A DNA stretch of 64,000 nt from Amphiscolops sp. MND2022 (Eukaryota). Made by a program: the position numbers and the translations under genes. The DNA lies in the NCBI GenBank assembly GCA_964187785.1, contig OZ076420.1, forward strand, positions 43,586,001-43,650,000, given 5' to 3'. The notes beneath the pieces are model-generated. The model saw only the letters and a program-made list of their open reading frames with translations. It searched no databases and was not told the origin of the DNA. Position 1 is the stretch's first letter. Each line of letters opens with the position of its first letter. Positions 1 to 10,639 of this stretch are shown piece after piece.

Positions 1-1448
1 TGTAATGAAATTAAAGTGGGGAACAAAATGCTTACTCAAGGTAAACAATGCAGCATCAAAATCCCAGAAGGGAATTAAAATGCCTTGATTGAGATTATTC
101 AGAAATATCGAAATGATAATCAATTATGAATTTGATGCAGAGTTATGTTGGCAACAATATAATAGACTGGACTTCAAAGACAAGTGCATTACTGTGATTA
201 TGTGACGTAATGGTCACTACCATCTGTCAATCATGGTTATTATTTACTTAAGCTGACTCTACATCCATTTGGCAGCAATTTATTATTTACTTATTGACTA
301 TTACATAATAAGACAATAAGACAATAAGTCCACTTGACTGCAAAAGAATTTATGTACTAAACTAACCGTCAAATTGGACTGGCAATACTCCCATCCTCAA
401 TCATCCATATTGCGACGTCACAGGTTTTGAATAACTAACAGTTAACCGGACTGCATTCAATTACTAATCTATACTCGATTACTTGAAAAAAATTACTGCA
501 CACCCACTTTGTGACGTCACGCACACTGTGTGACCATGGGTCAACTGGACGGCATTAAATCACTTACTTGCATGCCCTTCCCTGCTGAGACGCAATGTAC
601 TAAGAACTATAATTAAGTAATTACCAGGAATTACCCCTATTACCGCACGTTGAGTCTATTTGACCGCACCAATTCCTTGACTCTCACCCTGAAATCTTAT
701 GAAAATTTAAACCAAATTACGCACATTGGCACATATTATTCACTATATACATGAAACCTTCTGTCCATAAAGAAGTCGTGGCTACATGCAAAATGATTAA
801 AACCTAATGCTATCCTGTCATTGGGCAACATGCCCTTTGGTGTCTTCTCGTTCTATTGAACCTGCCAGTGAGATTTTCAGGAGACATCGTTCCATTTCTA
901 CTTAATTGGATTGGTAGTTCAATGTTACCCTTGTCTATCATGTTTCACCTTTTCTCCAGTTATTTTCGGTTATCTTTTCAAAGATTAATTCAGTTTCATC
1001 CGACTAATTTCATTCTTTTATTTTCATTTATTTACCAACACCTTCTGATTGGTCATCACAAGGCTTGCTGTCAGGTAGACCGACAGTCTTTGAGCAGCCA
1101 GTGTTAACGAATATTAGTGATGATAAACACTTTTCTGACTAGTTAACGCCGATTAACATGCCTTTGAAGAAGGAAGCAAACTATCCTCAAGTGGTACTTG
1201 ACGGGTGGTTTTCACAACTAATTCAAAGTTTGTTGATGACCAACTTATTTTATTCAACCCTAAAAGGGAAGGTTAAGGAAATGTTTTGGGGGGTTTTCCT
1301 CCACAAGTTCCCGCGAAAATCGCGGTTTGACCAAAGGTCTAACGGACTAGATTACTTCATTCATAAAACTCAAACTCTCCAGATCAGTTGCTCTCTATCA
1401 AGAATCAAAATTGCGAAAAAAGTTTTCCTCAATAAATACAACACCGAG

Positions 1449-2276
1449 ATGTCCCTGCAATTCAGATTGGGGAAACCCACACGATCTTCGGTCAGCTCCG
1501 CTTTTGATTCATCTAATGAAGAAATGGAGATCGATTCAGTTACGTCAAAACAAGACCAGTGGGACAGGGACTCAGAATACGACGATGTACAGGTACTGGC
1601 TTGTTACTATGAGAATCTTACATTTCCTCCCCAACTTGCAGCAGGTAGGGCGATGACAACCAGTCTCACACATTGCCTTGACGATTTGAGCCTGCCCTCT
1701 GACTTCACCCAAAGCTCTGTGGATACCTTCACTGAGTCATCAGGTAGGCTAAGAAAATGGCCAGTGGGTCACCCTCCTTCCTCTTTCGCTAATGCAGCTC
1801 CTGAAGACCACCCAATTGCAGAATGTAGACAACTGAACCCTATCTTAGAATCACCAATATCACCACCATTAGCAGAGCAGATGCCGACCCACCACTATGA
1901 AAGCCAATTCCATTCAGGACAGTACAATGACCAGTGGGTGCAAAACCCTCACTTCACAGCGCTAGCAATCACAGCAAGTGGTTCCTGTGGCCAACCTAAT
2001 GACGTGCATCACTATGGCTGTATTGTGTGTGGCAGGTCCTTTGCTGAAATTACAGAAGAAAATACCTTAGGCTACCTAGAGAGCAATCCGCTTCCAGGAG
2101 AGACCTATGACCAGCGGATAGAGAGGAGGCGCGCATTCCAGGCTGGCATGAAGGCGGGCACCTTCATCATGGTCCCCCGGGGAGTGTCGCAGGCTGCCGC
2201 CTGTGACGGCTTGTTCTATCAGATAATGCCGGACAACGACAACACCAACCCCGGACCAGGAGTCCTACCAATCTGA
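1449..2276 (+). CDS. Retrotransposon accessory protein (acidic N-terminus, CxxC motif, VSQAAACDG motif), about 275 aa, function unknown
   Basis: Within ORF 1158-2276. The ATG at 1449 is inferred by analogy to the start of 8975-9760. Shared blocks: PILESPISPP/PVLESPMSPP, GCIVCG/GCMVCG, RRRAFQAGMKAG/RREAYINGLNAG, VSQAAACDG, terminal LPI. Confidence 0.7.
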   Translation: MSLQFRLGKPTRSSVSSAFDSSNEEMEIDSVTSKQDQWDRDSEYDDVQVLACYYENLTFPPQLAAGRAMTTSLTHCLDDLSLPSDFTQSSVDTFTESSGRLRKWPVGHPPSSFANAAPEDHPIAECRQLNPILESPISPPLAEQMPTHHYESQFHSGQYNDQWVQNPHFTALAITASGSCGQPNDVHHYGCIVCGRSFAEITEENTLGYLESNPLPGETYDQRIERRRAFQAGMKAGTFIMVPRGVSQAAACDGLFYQIMPDNDNTNPGPGVLPI

Positions 2277-2962
2277 AATGCCCGACCAATCCTAAACACC
2301 AAGACATTGAACTAAAACATTATGTTTACTTGAAGTTGTTTTAAAAACATTCTCCGTTTCATGCAATATGCTGTTAATTACCAGATTTAGCTAATTTTGA
2401 TTTGACTTAATGTCAATTACACTACATGAAAATGTTATCTGTTTTGATGTTCAATATTGCAATGAAGGAAACGCGTCAACTGACACATTACTACAGTCCT
2501 GTTGACGCGTTGTCTAAAACCATTATCCAATAATTGGCGCCACTTCAGTACCTTAGTGCTGTCAATCTGACACATGGTCAGCTGTTGATTTGTACAAATT
2601 GGTGCTAATTATACTTGCGGACTAGTACTCTAGTGCAGTCAAACTGACGCGTGGTTAGTCCACGCTCTCAGCCAATCAGATCACAGCTTGAACTGCAGTC
2701 AAACTGACGTTAGGTCAGATTTACTATTTAGCTAGATATTTGTTGCCGCCACATGAAGTGTTGCTTTGATGTAGTTTTAGATATATACACCGCTGCTTTG
2801 ATGCTATTTTTATCTCCTATTATGCAATGACGTAAGGCCTTGTGACCTAACGTATTTTTAGAACAGATGATGTTATATTGGAATTGGGCTATACTTAGGG
2901 TTATGTCATTCTAAATTTAGCTCCCAGACACTCAGATTTATGCGTGTCATGCTGCTTTGACT

Positions 2963-3456
2963 TAGACAACTGAACCCAATCTTAGAATCACCAATATCAC
3001 CACCATCAGCAGAGCAGATGCCGACCCACCACTATGAAAGCCAATTCCATTCAGGATAGTACAATGACCAGTGGGTGCATAACCCTCACTTCACAGGGCT
3101 AGCAATCACGGCAAGTGGTTCCTGTGGCCAACCTGATGACGTGCATCACTGGCTGTATTGTGTGTGGCAAGTCCTTCGCTGAAAATACAGAAGAAATCAC
3201 CTTAGGCTACTCAGAGAGCAATCCGCTTCCAGGAGAGACCTATCACCAGCGGATAGAGAGGAGGCGCGCATTCCAGGCTGGCATGAAGGCGGGCACCTTT
3301 ATCATGGTCCCCCGGGGAGTGTCGCAGGCTGCCTTGTGACCTAACGTATTTTTAGAACAGATGATGTCATATTGGAATTGGGCTATACTTAGGGTTATGT
3401 CATTCTAAATTTAGCTCCCTGACACTCAGATTTATGCGTGTCATGCTACTTTGACT
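2963..3456 (+). repeat. Tandem duplication: copy of 1826-2198 fused to copy of 2837-2962
   Basis: Direct comparison: 2963-3333 matches 1826-2198 (with a 2-bp deletion) and 3331-3456 matches 2837-2962, joined at GCC/TGTGAC microhomology. Confidence 0.9.
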
Positions 3457-3584
3457 ATAAATACGTGGAAATCATTGTTGAGAAAATCATTGTTGCTATT
3501 GTATACACAACTGAAAACTGACGATTTGATATATTCTGACGAATAGTCAATTCACTGTTGAAAATAAGTTAAACTTTCTTCACT

Positions 3585-4341
3585 ATGCCTTCAACTAGAT
3601 AGCAGAAAGCAAAGGAAAAGCGAGCAAGACAACCAGACGTAATGTCAGATATCGAAAACCTCGATGTAATGCTTGGAAGTTATTCTAGAGATGCTCTAGT
3701 AGAGCAAGGTAATGTTAGTGATGTAGAAAGGGACTTTGAATCTAACAGGCACCAACAAAATACCGATCTAACTGAAGGAAACTTCAGGTCACTTCTAAAT
3801 GCTAATGAAAGTGAGAACAGTGAAATCACTGCTGAAACCATGAGGGTAATTAACTCAGAAATTTCCTCCCAAATGTCTAGAAAGCTAGAAGAAATTAGAT
3901 CTGACTTAAATTTGCAAGTATTGGATGCTATTAACTCAGCAATTCAAGAGAAGGTGCTTCCTTCCATTGAAAATGCACTAAAACCAGTTAAAACAGCTTC
4001 AAATGCAAAATAGGACCTTCAGTCAGATGGACCGCAGTCGAGCAAGGTGAATCAGTCAGGCCAGCAGTATGACCTAAAGTCAGGTGGACTGCATAAAAGC
4101 AGGAAACCTCAAATGAACAAATACGTTGACCTTAGGTCAGGTGGACTGCATTTGGACAGATTTGACCAGGATGCTCAGGAATGTGACCCTCGGTCAGATA
4201 GACCGCATCGAAGCGAAAATACTCAATCTAACCTAGAAACACGTGAAAATCGCTCTAAATCGAGTTTTAAAGAAAGTAACCATGCCAATCATATCAGAGA
4301 GAGTTCAATAGACTCTATTGAGAGTGTGGATGGTTATGACA
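3585..4341 (+). pseudogene. gag: Decayed gag N-terminal segment inside the LTR
   Basis: Similar to the N-terminus of gag 20362-22071 (SDIENLD, EI-S-L-SQMSR, AINSAIQEKVLP). In-frame stops at codon 6 and at 4013. Confidence 0.7.
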
Positions 4342-5800
4342 GAAGGGCATCATCCTTACTGGTCTCAAGGAAGCGCTCGTGTTTGTTGATGACATTCCTA
4401 TATGGGGTGAAACCCAGGACCAGTTGAACGCCAATGTGGACCAAGTCCTGTGGCAACTTCGGGAAATTGGATACATCCTCAACATTACCAAATGCGTTTT
4501 CTCAGCTACAAGTGTTGAATCGTTAGGGTTGAAGCTTGACCAGAGTTGGATCTTCATACTGGACGACAATCGCGATTCCGTAGGCAGTATGCCATTCCCT
4601 GAAGGCAAGCATTCATTGCGCTCTGTTTTAGATCTTTTCAGCCACTAACAGCGATTTCTGCCTCCAGCATATGCCACAGACGCCGTGCCGTTATATGATC
4701 TCTTGAAGGACAATGTTTTTTTTTAAGTTTGAGCAACAGCACAGACAGGAGTTCGACAAAATCAAGACTATGTTTCTTGAATCTGAAGGTTTATGCACCT
4801 TCAATACTGATCTACCTATTTCAATTACCTAGGACGCGTCCAATGTGGGAATTGGCGGCGAGCTTGCGCTAACAGTTCAACTGGCAATGCAGGCAAGGAT
4901 CTCCTTTTCAACTACTAAATACTTCTTCTCATGTGCATGAAGTGTGATGAAAAAAGCACAGGTCCTAACTGAACCACACGGAAGTTCCGTGTGGTTCAGT
5001 TAGGACCTGTGCTTTTTTCATCACACTTCATGCACATGAGAAGAAGTATTTAGTAGTTGAAAAAGAGATCCTTGCCTGCATTGCCATTTGCGAACGATTC
5101 GGAAGGAAACCTCTGGGGGAAGAAGTTCACGCTCTTTACCGACCACAAGGCATCGGTGAACATTGCAAATGCAGCCGTTGGTGACGGTGTACGACCTTTG
5201 CGCCTTTCTCGTTGTTCGACGCGTCTGCTCCTTTCGAATTTGACATTCGGCATCGACCTGGATGTCAAAATGTTTTCGCTGACGCTCTCTCGCGGCTACC
5301 ACTATCGTCTAGCGACATTGCTGAAAAAGAGTTGGAAGATGAGCTTGCAGTTTTTATGGTTCTCAACGCAACATGGACTTTCAATTCTTCCCAGTAGATC
5401 ATCAGAAAATGAATTTGCAGGAGACTCAGAAGCTTACCTCAAATCATACTAGGCAATACGTGAGAAGCTTTTGGTCTGGTATACTGGATGTTAAGCCCGT
5501 GGTCCGCGCACCGTGATACCGGAGTCACTCAAACGCCAAATCTTGGATATTGCTCATTCTGGTCTTTTTGGCATTGTACGCAGCAAGCAGCTTCTTCACG
5601 AAATGGCTTGATGGCCAGGATGCGATTTTGAAATGGAACAACTCATTCGTTCGTGTGTAGCCTGCAGCAACTCAAACAAGTCTCGAGTCATCCGAGACGT
5701 TCCATGCAAAGCACTGGACACCGGGAAGTGGCAATTTCAAGTGGTCAACTTAGACATCACTTTCCGAGGAGTGTTTTTTCGATAATTTATCTTTCGGATT
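4342..5800 (+). pseudogene. pol: Degenerate Gypsy pol fragment (RT, RNase H, integrase HHCC)
   Basis: RT core FVDDIPIWGET...LNITKCVFS (4379-4648). RNase H EKEILAC...FTLFTDHK and NVFADALSR (5050-5300). Integrase zinc-finger-like HSGLFG...WPG...CVAC (about 5550-5670). Multiple frameshifts and stops. Confidence 0.85.
4882..5086. repeat. Near-perfect palindrome, 102-bp arms, 1-nt loop at 4984
   Basis: 4882-4983 is the reverse complement of 4985-5086, with one mismatch seen (GG vs AG in CAAC-TGAAAARGAGATC region). Confidence 0.95.
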
Positions 5801-5879
5801 GCATAAATGTTAGACATCAGTTTTTGCGGTCTTTCAACCATTCCTTACCCTAGTTGAGAATGCCGTGCAATTTTGTAAG

Positions 5880-6060
5880 AACTTGAATAAAATGTAGGCA
5901 AAATTTTGATAAAACATTTTGCAAAACTTTCCTATATCTTAGAAAATCTTGCAAAACGTTCCTGCATCTTGGAAAATCTTGGAAAACTTCGCTGCATCCT
6001 GGAAAAACTTGGAAAATTTTCCTGCATTTTCTAGAAACTTGGAGAAACATCCACTCAGCT
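5880..6060. repeat. Degenerate short-period repeat array (AAAATCTTGC/GAAAAC-like)
   Basis: Iterated 10-12 nt units. Similar arrays at about 30190-30500 and 42040-42150. Confidence 0.6.
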
Positions 6061-6661
6061 TTGACAAATAATTTCCAGTAAAAAATACTGAAAAAACAGG
6101 CGTATTTTCTGAAGTCTCAATTTTGATTCTGACGAAATTTGGTTCTCTCAAAAAAGGTCCATCTCGCAACCTAATATAATTGCTGAGAAAATAACTTAAT
6201 TACGAATCAATAAAAATGAAAAACTGGTGAATATCTACAAATCGACATTATGCAACACCATGGTCAAAAGTAATTTCCGTGGTTGTTTTGAGGAAGCCAA
6301 AGCCCAGAACACTTGTATCGGATACATCGCTGGGTTATATTGATAATATAATAATCGAGTTTATCTGGTGATACATAATTGACATACAAATATCAAATCA
6401 ACCGATACTCCATCTAATTGAGAATAGTTGTCTTCGCCGGAGGGTCTTTGCAGGGGGCAATTCACCATGGGGGGCAAAATTGGTGGTTATCAATGGATTT
6501 CCGCGGGTAGTCAAGCCAGGTGTGCTTTTTAACTGGAAATACGTCTAAACTCCTGTTGTTCCTGAGAATCAATGGTTACGTCATCAGACATGAAAAACAT
6601 TTATCTCCAGTTAAAAAAAATACTTAGATCTAACATGAAGATGACTCATTTTGGCAGAAAA

Positions 6662-6862
6662 CTTGATCATTAAAAACTTGATTTTTCCTTGATTGACAAC
6701 GCGTCGTACAGCTCCCAATACCGTATTCAATTTTTTGTCTCCCTTGCTTTGGATCTTAAAAATAAATCAAACGCAAGTTTGTCAAAAAATTGAATGCGAT
6801 AGTCGGTGATTTACGACGCGCTGTCAATCAAAAAAATTGAAACAGTCGAGTTTTTTTAATCA
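6662..6862. repeat. Small imperfect inverted-repeat (MITE-like) element
   Basis: TTGATTGACAACGCGTCGTA...TTCAATTTTTTG mirrored by CAAAAAATTGAA...TTACGACGCGCTGTCAATCAA. Boundaries are approximate. Confidence 0.45.
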
Positions 6863-7152
6863 ATGGTAGAGTTACTTGAATATTTTTAAAACCATTTCGC
6901 CTCTCGTCGAAACCGTGGCAATAAAACTGGAGTCCATCTAATATAGCTTGTAGCTTCTGCAACATGTTATTCCATTAGTATTCATTTCTCAACTATGCGA
7001 AGACTTAGCACCAAAGGCGACAACATTCAAACTGCAATCGAATTCATGTTTTTACGTGACGCCAAAAAATGTTTTTCTCCTACTAATTACAACCAAGAGG
7101 CCGTCATTTAAGAGCAAACTGAACTAAAAAAAATTCTACAAACGTTACTTAT

Positions 7153-9063
7153 TGTCATGAACATTTAAGTTAGGGAAATCATTGTTCAATGGATTCTCAT
7201 CCTGTTCATTTCTTAAGCTACTCTTTGCGTTAAGATTTCGCTGAACTTCGGAATTTAGTTCCGGTCTCTCGGACGGAACGTCCCATCCCCTTTTGGTCCC
7301 ATGTCCTGATCCGGCCATAATGGCGTTTTGGATTTGTGGAAGCACTTGAGTACTTATCGCATCGCTTATGGCTCTTTGTATTTGGCCACTCACAGAGTTC
7401 ATCATCTCGTCCATCTCACGCGAAAGGCGGGAGTTTAATTCGCTGGACAATTTATTTATTTCAGCGATAGAATTTCCTGTGACAGAATTGCGGTCACATT
7501 CGGCATTCATCCTAGGGTCAATATTTCCCCGGGATCTACCTATGTTTCCGTCCTCATTTTCAGACTCATTACTTGCAAAACTCCTAGATCTTCTAGGTAG
7601 GTTACTATTCAAGCTGCCTTCTTCTCTAGTATCAAAATGGTTCCGTCCCAACGTGATATCTAGATTTTCAATATCAGATAACATTTCAAGTCCTCTTGAC
7701 TTCCTCGCTTTCTTTTGCTTTCTAGTGGTGGGCATTGAAATAGTTCCTAATCAATAATAAATTAGTCAATACGGAACTAACAGCGAAGCCGTTTAGAGAT
7801 CAATCTTTTCTCGAGTAGTTCAATATGAAAATGTGTCCCACTCAGGCTAAACACCGGTATTTATACCCCTGAGTGGGTGACACTCACATATTTTACATAT
7901 ATTCATCTAAGATTGACATTGTAAGGTATGTAATGCCCTTGATTTTTACATATCTCTGGTATTTAACAGGTATGGTTTTGAAAGGTATCTGCAGCATAAG
8001 AACTTCTGTTTACATATTTCCTAAATGATCGGAAATCATCAATCACATATTTCTGTGAAATCCTGATTGGGAGAATTCCTAATATGTTTATCTCCCGGAA
8101 TGCAACATCAAACAGTCAACATAATGGTAAATACACTTAACAGTACTTCAAAGAACATATCTATGCTACATATTATTATTGCAATGTCAACAAATGTTAA
8201 GCTTGTTGATGGAATGCGAGACTCGTAGCAGTGGCATGCAGTGTTAGCACGTGCCACTACGTGGCTAAAGGTCAACGTAGGGGGAAGCACATTCAAATAA
8301 TACATGCCCAATCTATTTAAATATCATCGCATCACTAAAGTAGGGTATTTCCTAAAAGGGCCGAAATTGGCCAAATCCTGATTAATAGCACATTACTAAG
8401 GGGAGTAATGGTAAAAGGCCTTATCCGGCCTTTGATCAGCGCTCGGTTCGTTTGGCTTGTTGAAGGGTACATTGGTATTATTTTAATATTAAAGCACTTC
8501 TAGGATAGTCCCCAAGTGAAATGGTTAATTATGAGTACAAATAATTCAGCATCATTCGTTACGTCAAGACGGCCTAAACCGGCCATTTGACCAAAGCATA
8601 AAACAATTCGTGGACATTAAGTTAATTGGCCGTATCCGGCCACTACCAAATCAAAGTCATATTGCACTCGTGAATTGAAGCGCTGTGATTGGCTAGAAAG
8701 GTGAGCTCAAGTGACGTTTTTGGATTATCGCTGAACGTCACTTGAACTCGTTTCCTATACCGTTTTACAGTTGCTTCTATTAGTACTGCTTTTGATTCAA
8801 GGATTTACATTTCAACTGCACACTGTTACAAAGTAGCCTAATTTGGATATTTCCAAATTGTACAATTTTAACGGACTAATATTAACTTCATCTAAATACA
8901 AAACTATTACATGAATACGTAAAATAACAACTAACGTTGAATAAGGACAAGTTTCTAAAGTTCATAGCCTGTATTCAGTATATTGGTAGTGTTCTTGGTG
9001 TCGGGTTTTGTTCCTCTGCCGATGTAGTGTAATTATTACCGTCACAGGCGGCAGCCTGCGACA
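7153..9063 (-). repeat. 3' LTR of the Gypsy element
   Basis: Direct repeat of 21489-23399 with about 30 substitutions counted by eye (about 98% identity). Contains a 196-aa truncated gag ORF (7145-7735) and the last 29 codons of the accessory ORF. Confidence 0.97.
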
Positions 9064-9760
9064 CTGCGGGAGCAATGAAAAGTAGACTACCTGCATTCAG
9101 TCCGTTTATGTAGGCTTCTCGTCTTAGTTTGGTGACAAATTCGGGTTCTCCGCGCGGCGTTGATCTCTCCATGAACCAATTGATCTTCTCATCTTTAATC
9201 TCATCCACTGTTTTCCCACACACCATGCACCCAGTGTATCTCTGACTGCTCAAGTTGTCATAGGGCCTGGTGATTTGGATGTGGTAGGATGCATAGAACC
9301 CGCTCGTTGATGGCTGGACTAAAGGGGTATCTTGACTCGGTCCCCTTTCATGATCGGGTGGTGACATCGGGGACTCTAGGACTGGCAAGATTGTATTGCA
9401 TAGTTCGATGCGTGACTTTTCCATCCCCTTAGGGGGAGCATAGCACCTTTCTAGATCAAAGTACTTGTGGTCCATTTTTGGCGTCATTTCAGCATTAGTA
9501 TCAGAGGTACTTGGTCCAACCATTAACACATCTTCTTCTGGTATATCCGATGTCATTACCCTGCCCCCAATGAGCATAGGACTAGATGTTACTTCTCTCT
9601 CTATCCGCGCTATCAGCTGCTCCGTGTCGGTAGAACAATCCGTTTCCCAGTCCGACGCTTCACTTTCGCTGCTTGATATGTAGATTACTGATTTATCAGT
9701 GTTATCAGAATCGTATTCTTCAAAGTCAAACAATTTTCTTGAGAGGTTAAACGTGCTCAT
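8975..9760 (-). CDS. Retrotransposon accessory protein, 261 aa (acidic N-terminus, CxxC, VSQAAACDG); not env-like
   Basis: Intact ORF in the same sense as gag-pol, at the position usually held by env, ending inside the 3' LTR. Homologous to 1449-2276. No signal peptide or transmembrane stretch is visible. Confidence 0.8.
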   Translation of the reverse strand: MSTFNLSRKLFDFEEYDSDNTDKSVIYISSSESEASDWETDCSTDTEQLIARIEREVTSSPMLIGGRVMTSDIPEEDVLMVGPSTSDTNAEMTPKMDHKYFDLERCYAPPKGMEKSRIELCNTILPVLESPMSPPDHERGPSQDTPLVQPSTSGFYASYHIQITRPYDNLSSQRYTGCMVCGKTVDEIKDEKINWFMERSTPRGEPEFVTKLRREAYINGLNAGSLLFIAPAVSQAAACDGNNYTTSAEEQNPTPRTLPIY

Positions 9761-10639
9761 TATGAGTTTTTTGGCGATTTTTGAATCTGGTAAGGCGACT
9801 GATTGCTGAATAATTTAAGACAGAATGAATCTACCTAAATCCCGTCGCAAGCCGAGTTAGGACGTTTTCCCGAAGTTTCCAATTTGGCGGTTAAAACTTC
9901 GGTTGGCCGTCCTGATCCGTCGTAAACTTTCCTGAATGGAATTCCATAACTGATCGGCGCCCTTTGATATTTCAGTGTTTACCCTCCATCAGCATCGTCA
10001 CTATGAGAGGTGTGAATGACGCTTGAGTTATTAATATCAACTACACCAGTCTCAAGTAGGTAATTAACGGGTCGCTTGTAAACAATTAACGGCATGCGTC
10101 GCAAAGTTTTCTCAAAATGGCTTCAGCCAATCAGAACTAAGCCTTGATAAATTGTGAATTGAATAATAAAAATGGCGAAAATAATAAATCCAAATAATCC
10201 AAGATGGCGAAAATTCTAACTAATGGTAACTAGGGTAACTGGACGGAACGGCGGAACAAAATAGGGCAAACGGCCATAACCGGCTTCTAACTAAATAAAC
10301 TGTAAATAACAAAGTTCTTTGTACACTTCGCTGGCAGACTCCATGTACAGAATAAATATGTAGATAATCCATAATATTAGTCTGGTAATAATCTTCAGCC
10401 ACGAACTCCAACTTTCCAATTTCCTCAATTCTTCTACCCAATTTTAATTCCATTTCAATTCTGATTATCTTTTATTTGTTTCCTTTCGACTGATACTCAT
10501 CTTCTTGCAAGCGTTACTCCTTAGCCGATTCTTCTTCCCAGAGCAACCCTTGATCCTCTTTCTCCAGCCGGTTTCGGCCATATCCATTAACTGCTATATC
10601 CGGACAAGGACTCGTTCCCACATCCAATTCAATCCCAGG
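9761..10639. promoter_or_regulatory. Putative divergent promoter between the accessory ORF and the antisense gene
   Basis: AGCCAATCAG (CCAAT box) at about 10125-10134. YY1-like CAAGATGGCG at 10200-10209 and AAAATGGCG at about 10169-10177 on the + strand. Flanked by head-to-head start codons. Confidence 0.35.

Larger units (their letters stand above)
1..4341 (+). mobile_element. 3' end of a second Gypsy LTR retrotransposon family (internal 3' region plus 3' LTR); the element presumably extends upstream of the window
   Basis: An accessory ORF homologous to 8975-9760 runs into an LTR that starts TGTCGCAGG (2185) and ends TATGACA (4341). That LTR contains a gag-like N-terminus. No TGG PBS follows 4341, so this is a 3' LTR. 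The 5' limit is not visible. Confidence 0.75.
2185..4341 (+). repeat. 3' LTR of the second Gypsy family, with an internal 494-bp duplication and a decayed gag 5' segment
   Basis: TGTC...GACA termini. TATAAATA at 3456-3463. Decayed gag start at 3585 (MPSTR*QKAKEKR...MSDIENLDVMLG) resembles MPTTRKQKK...LSDIENLD of the main element. Confidence 0.72.

Noticed and set aside
562-573. Minus-strand ATG CAA|GTAAGT located 876 bp from the accessory ATG of the first element, mirroring the 880-bp spacing of the antisense gene's exon 1 in the main element
   Set aside because: No acceptor plus open exon 2 could be found in 1-560. It may be coincidence; sequence upstream of the window is needed.
7145-7735. 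196-aa ORF as an independent gene
   Set aside because: It is the gag 5' segment duplicated in the 3' LTR, ending in flanking DNA.
8108-8311. 67-aa ORF present in both LTRs
   Set aside because: It is short, has no recognisable motif, and is duplicated only because the LTR is.
8975-9760. env gene
   Set aside because: No signal peptide, transmembrane segment or furin-site/fusion-peptide pattern is visible.
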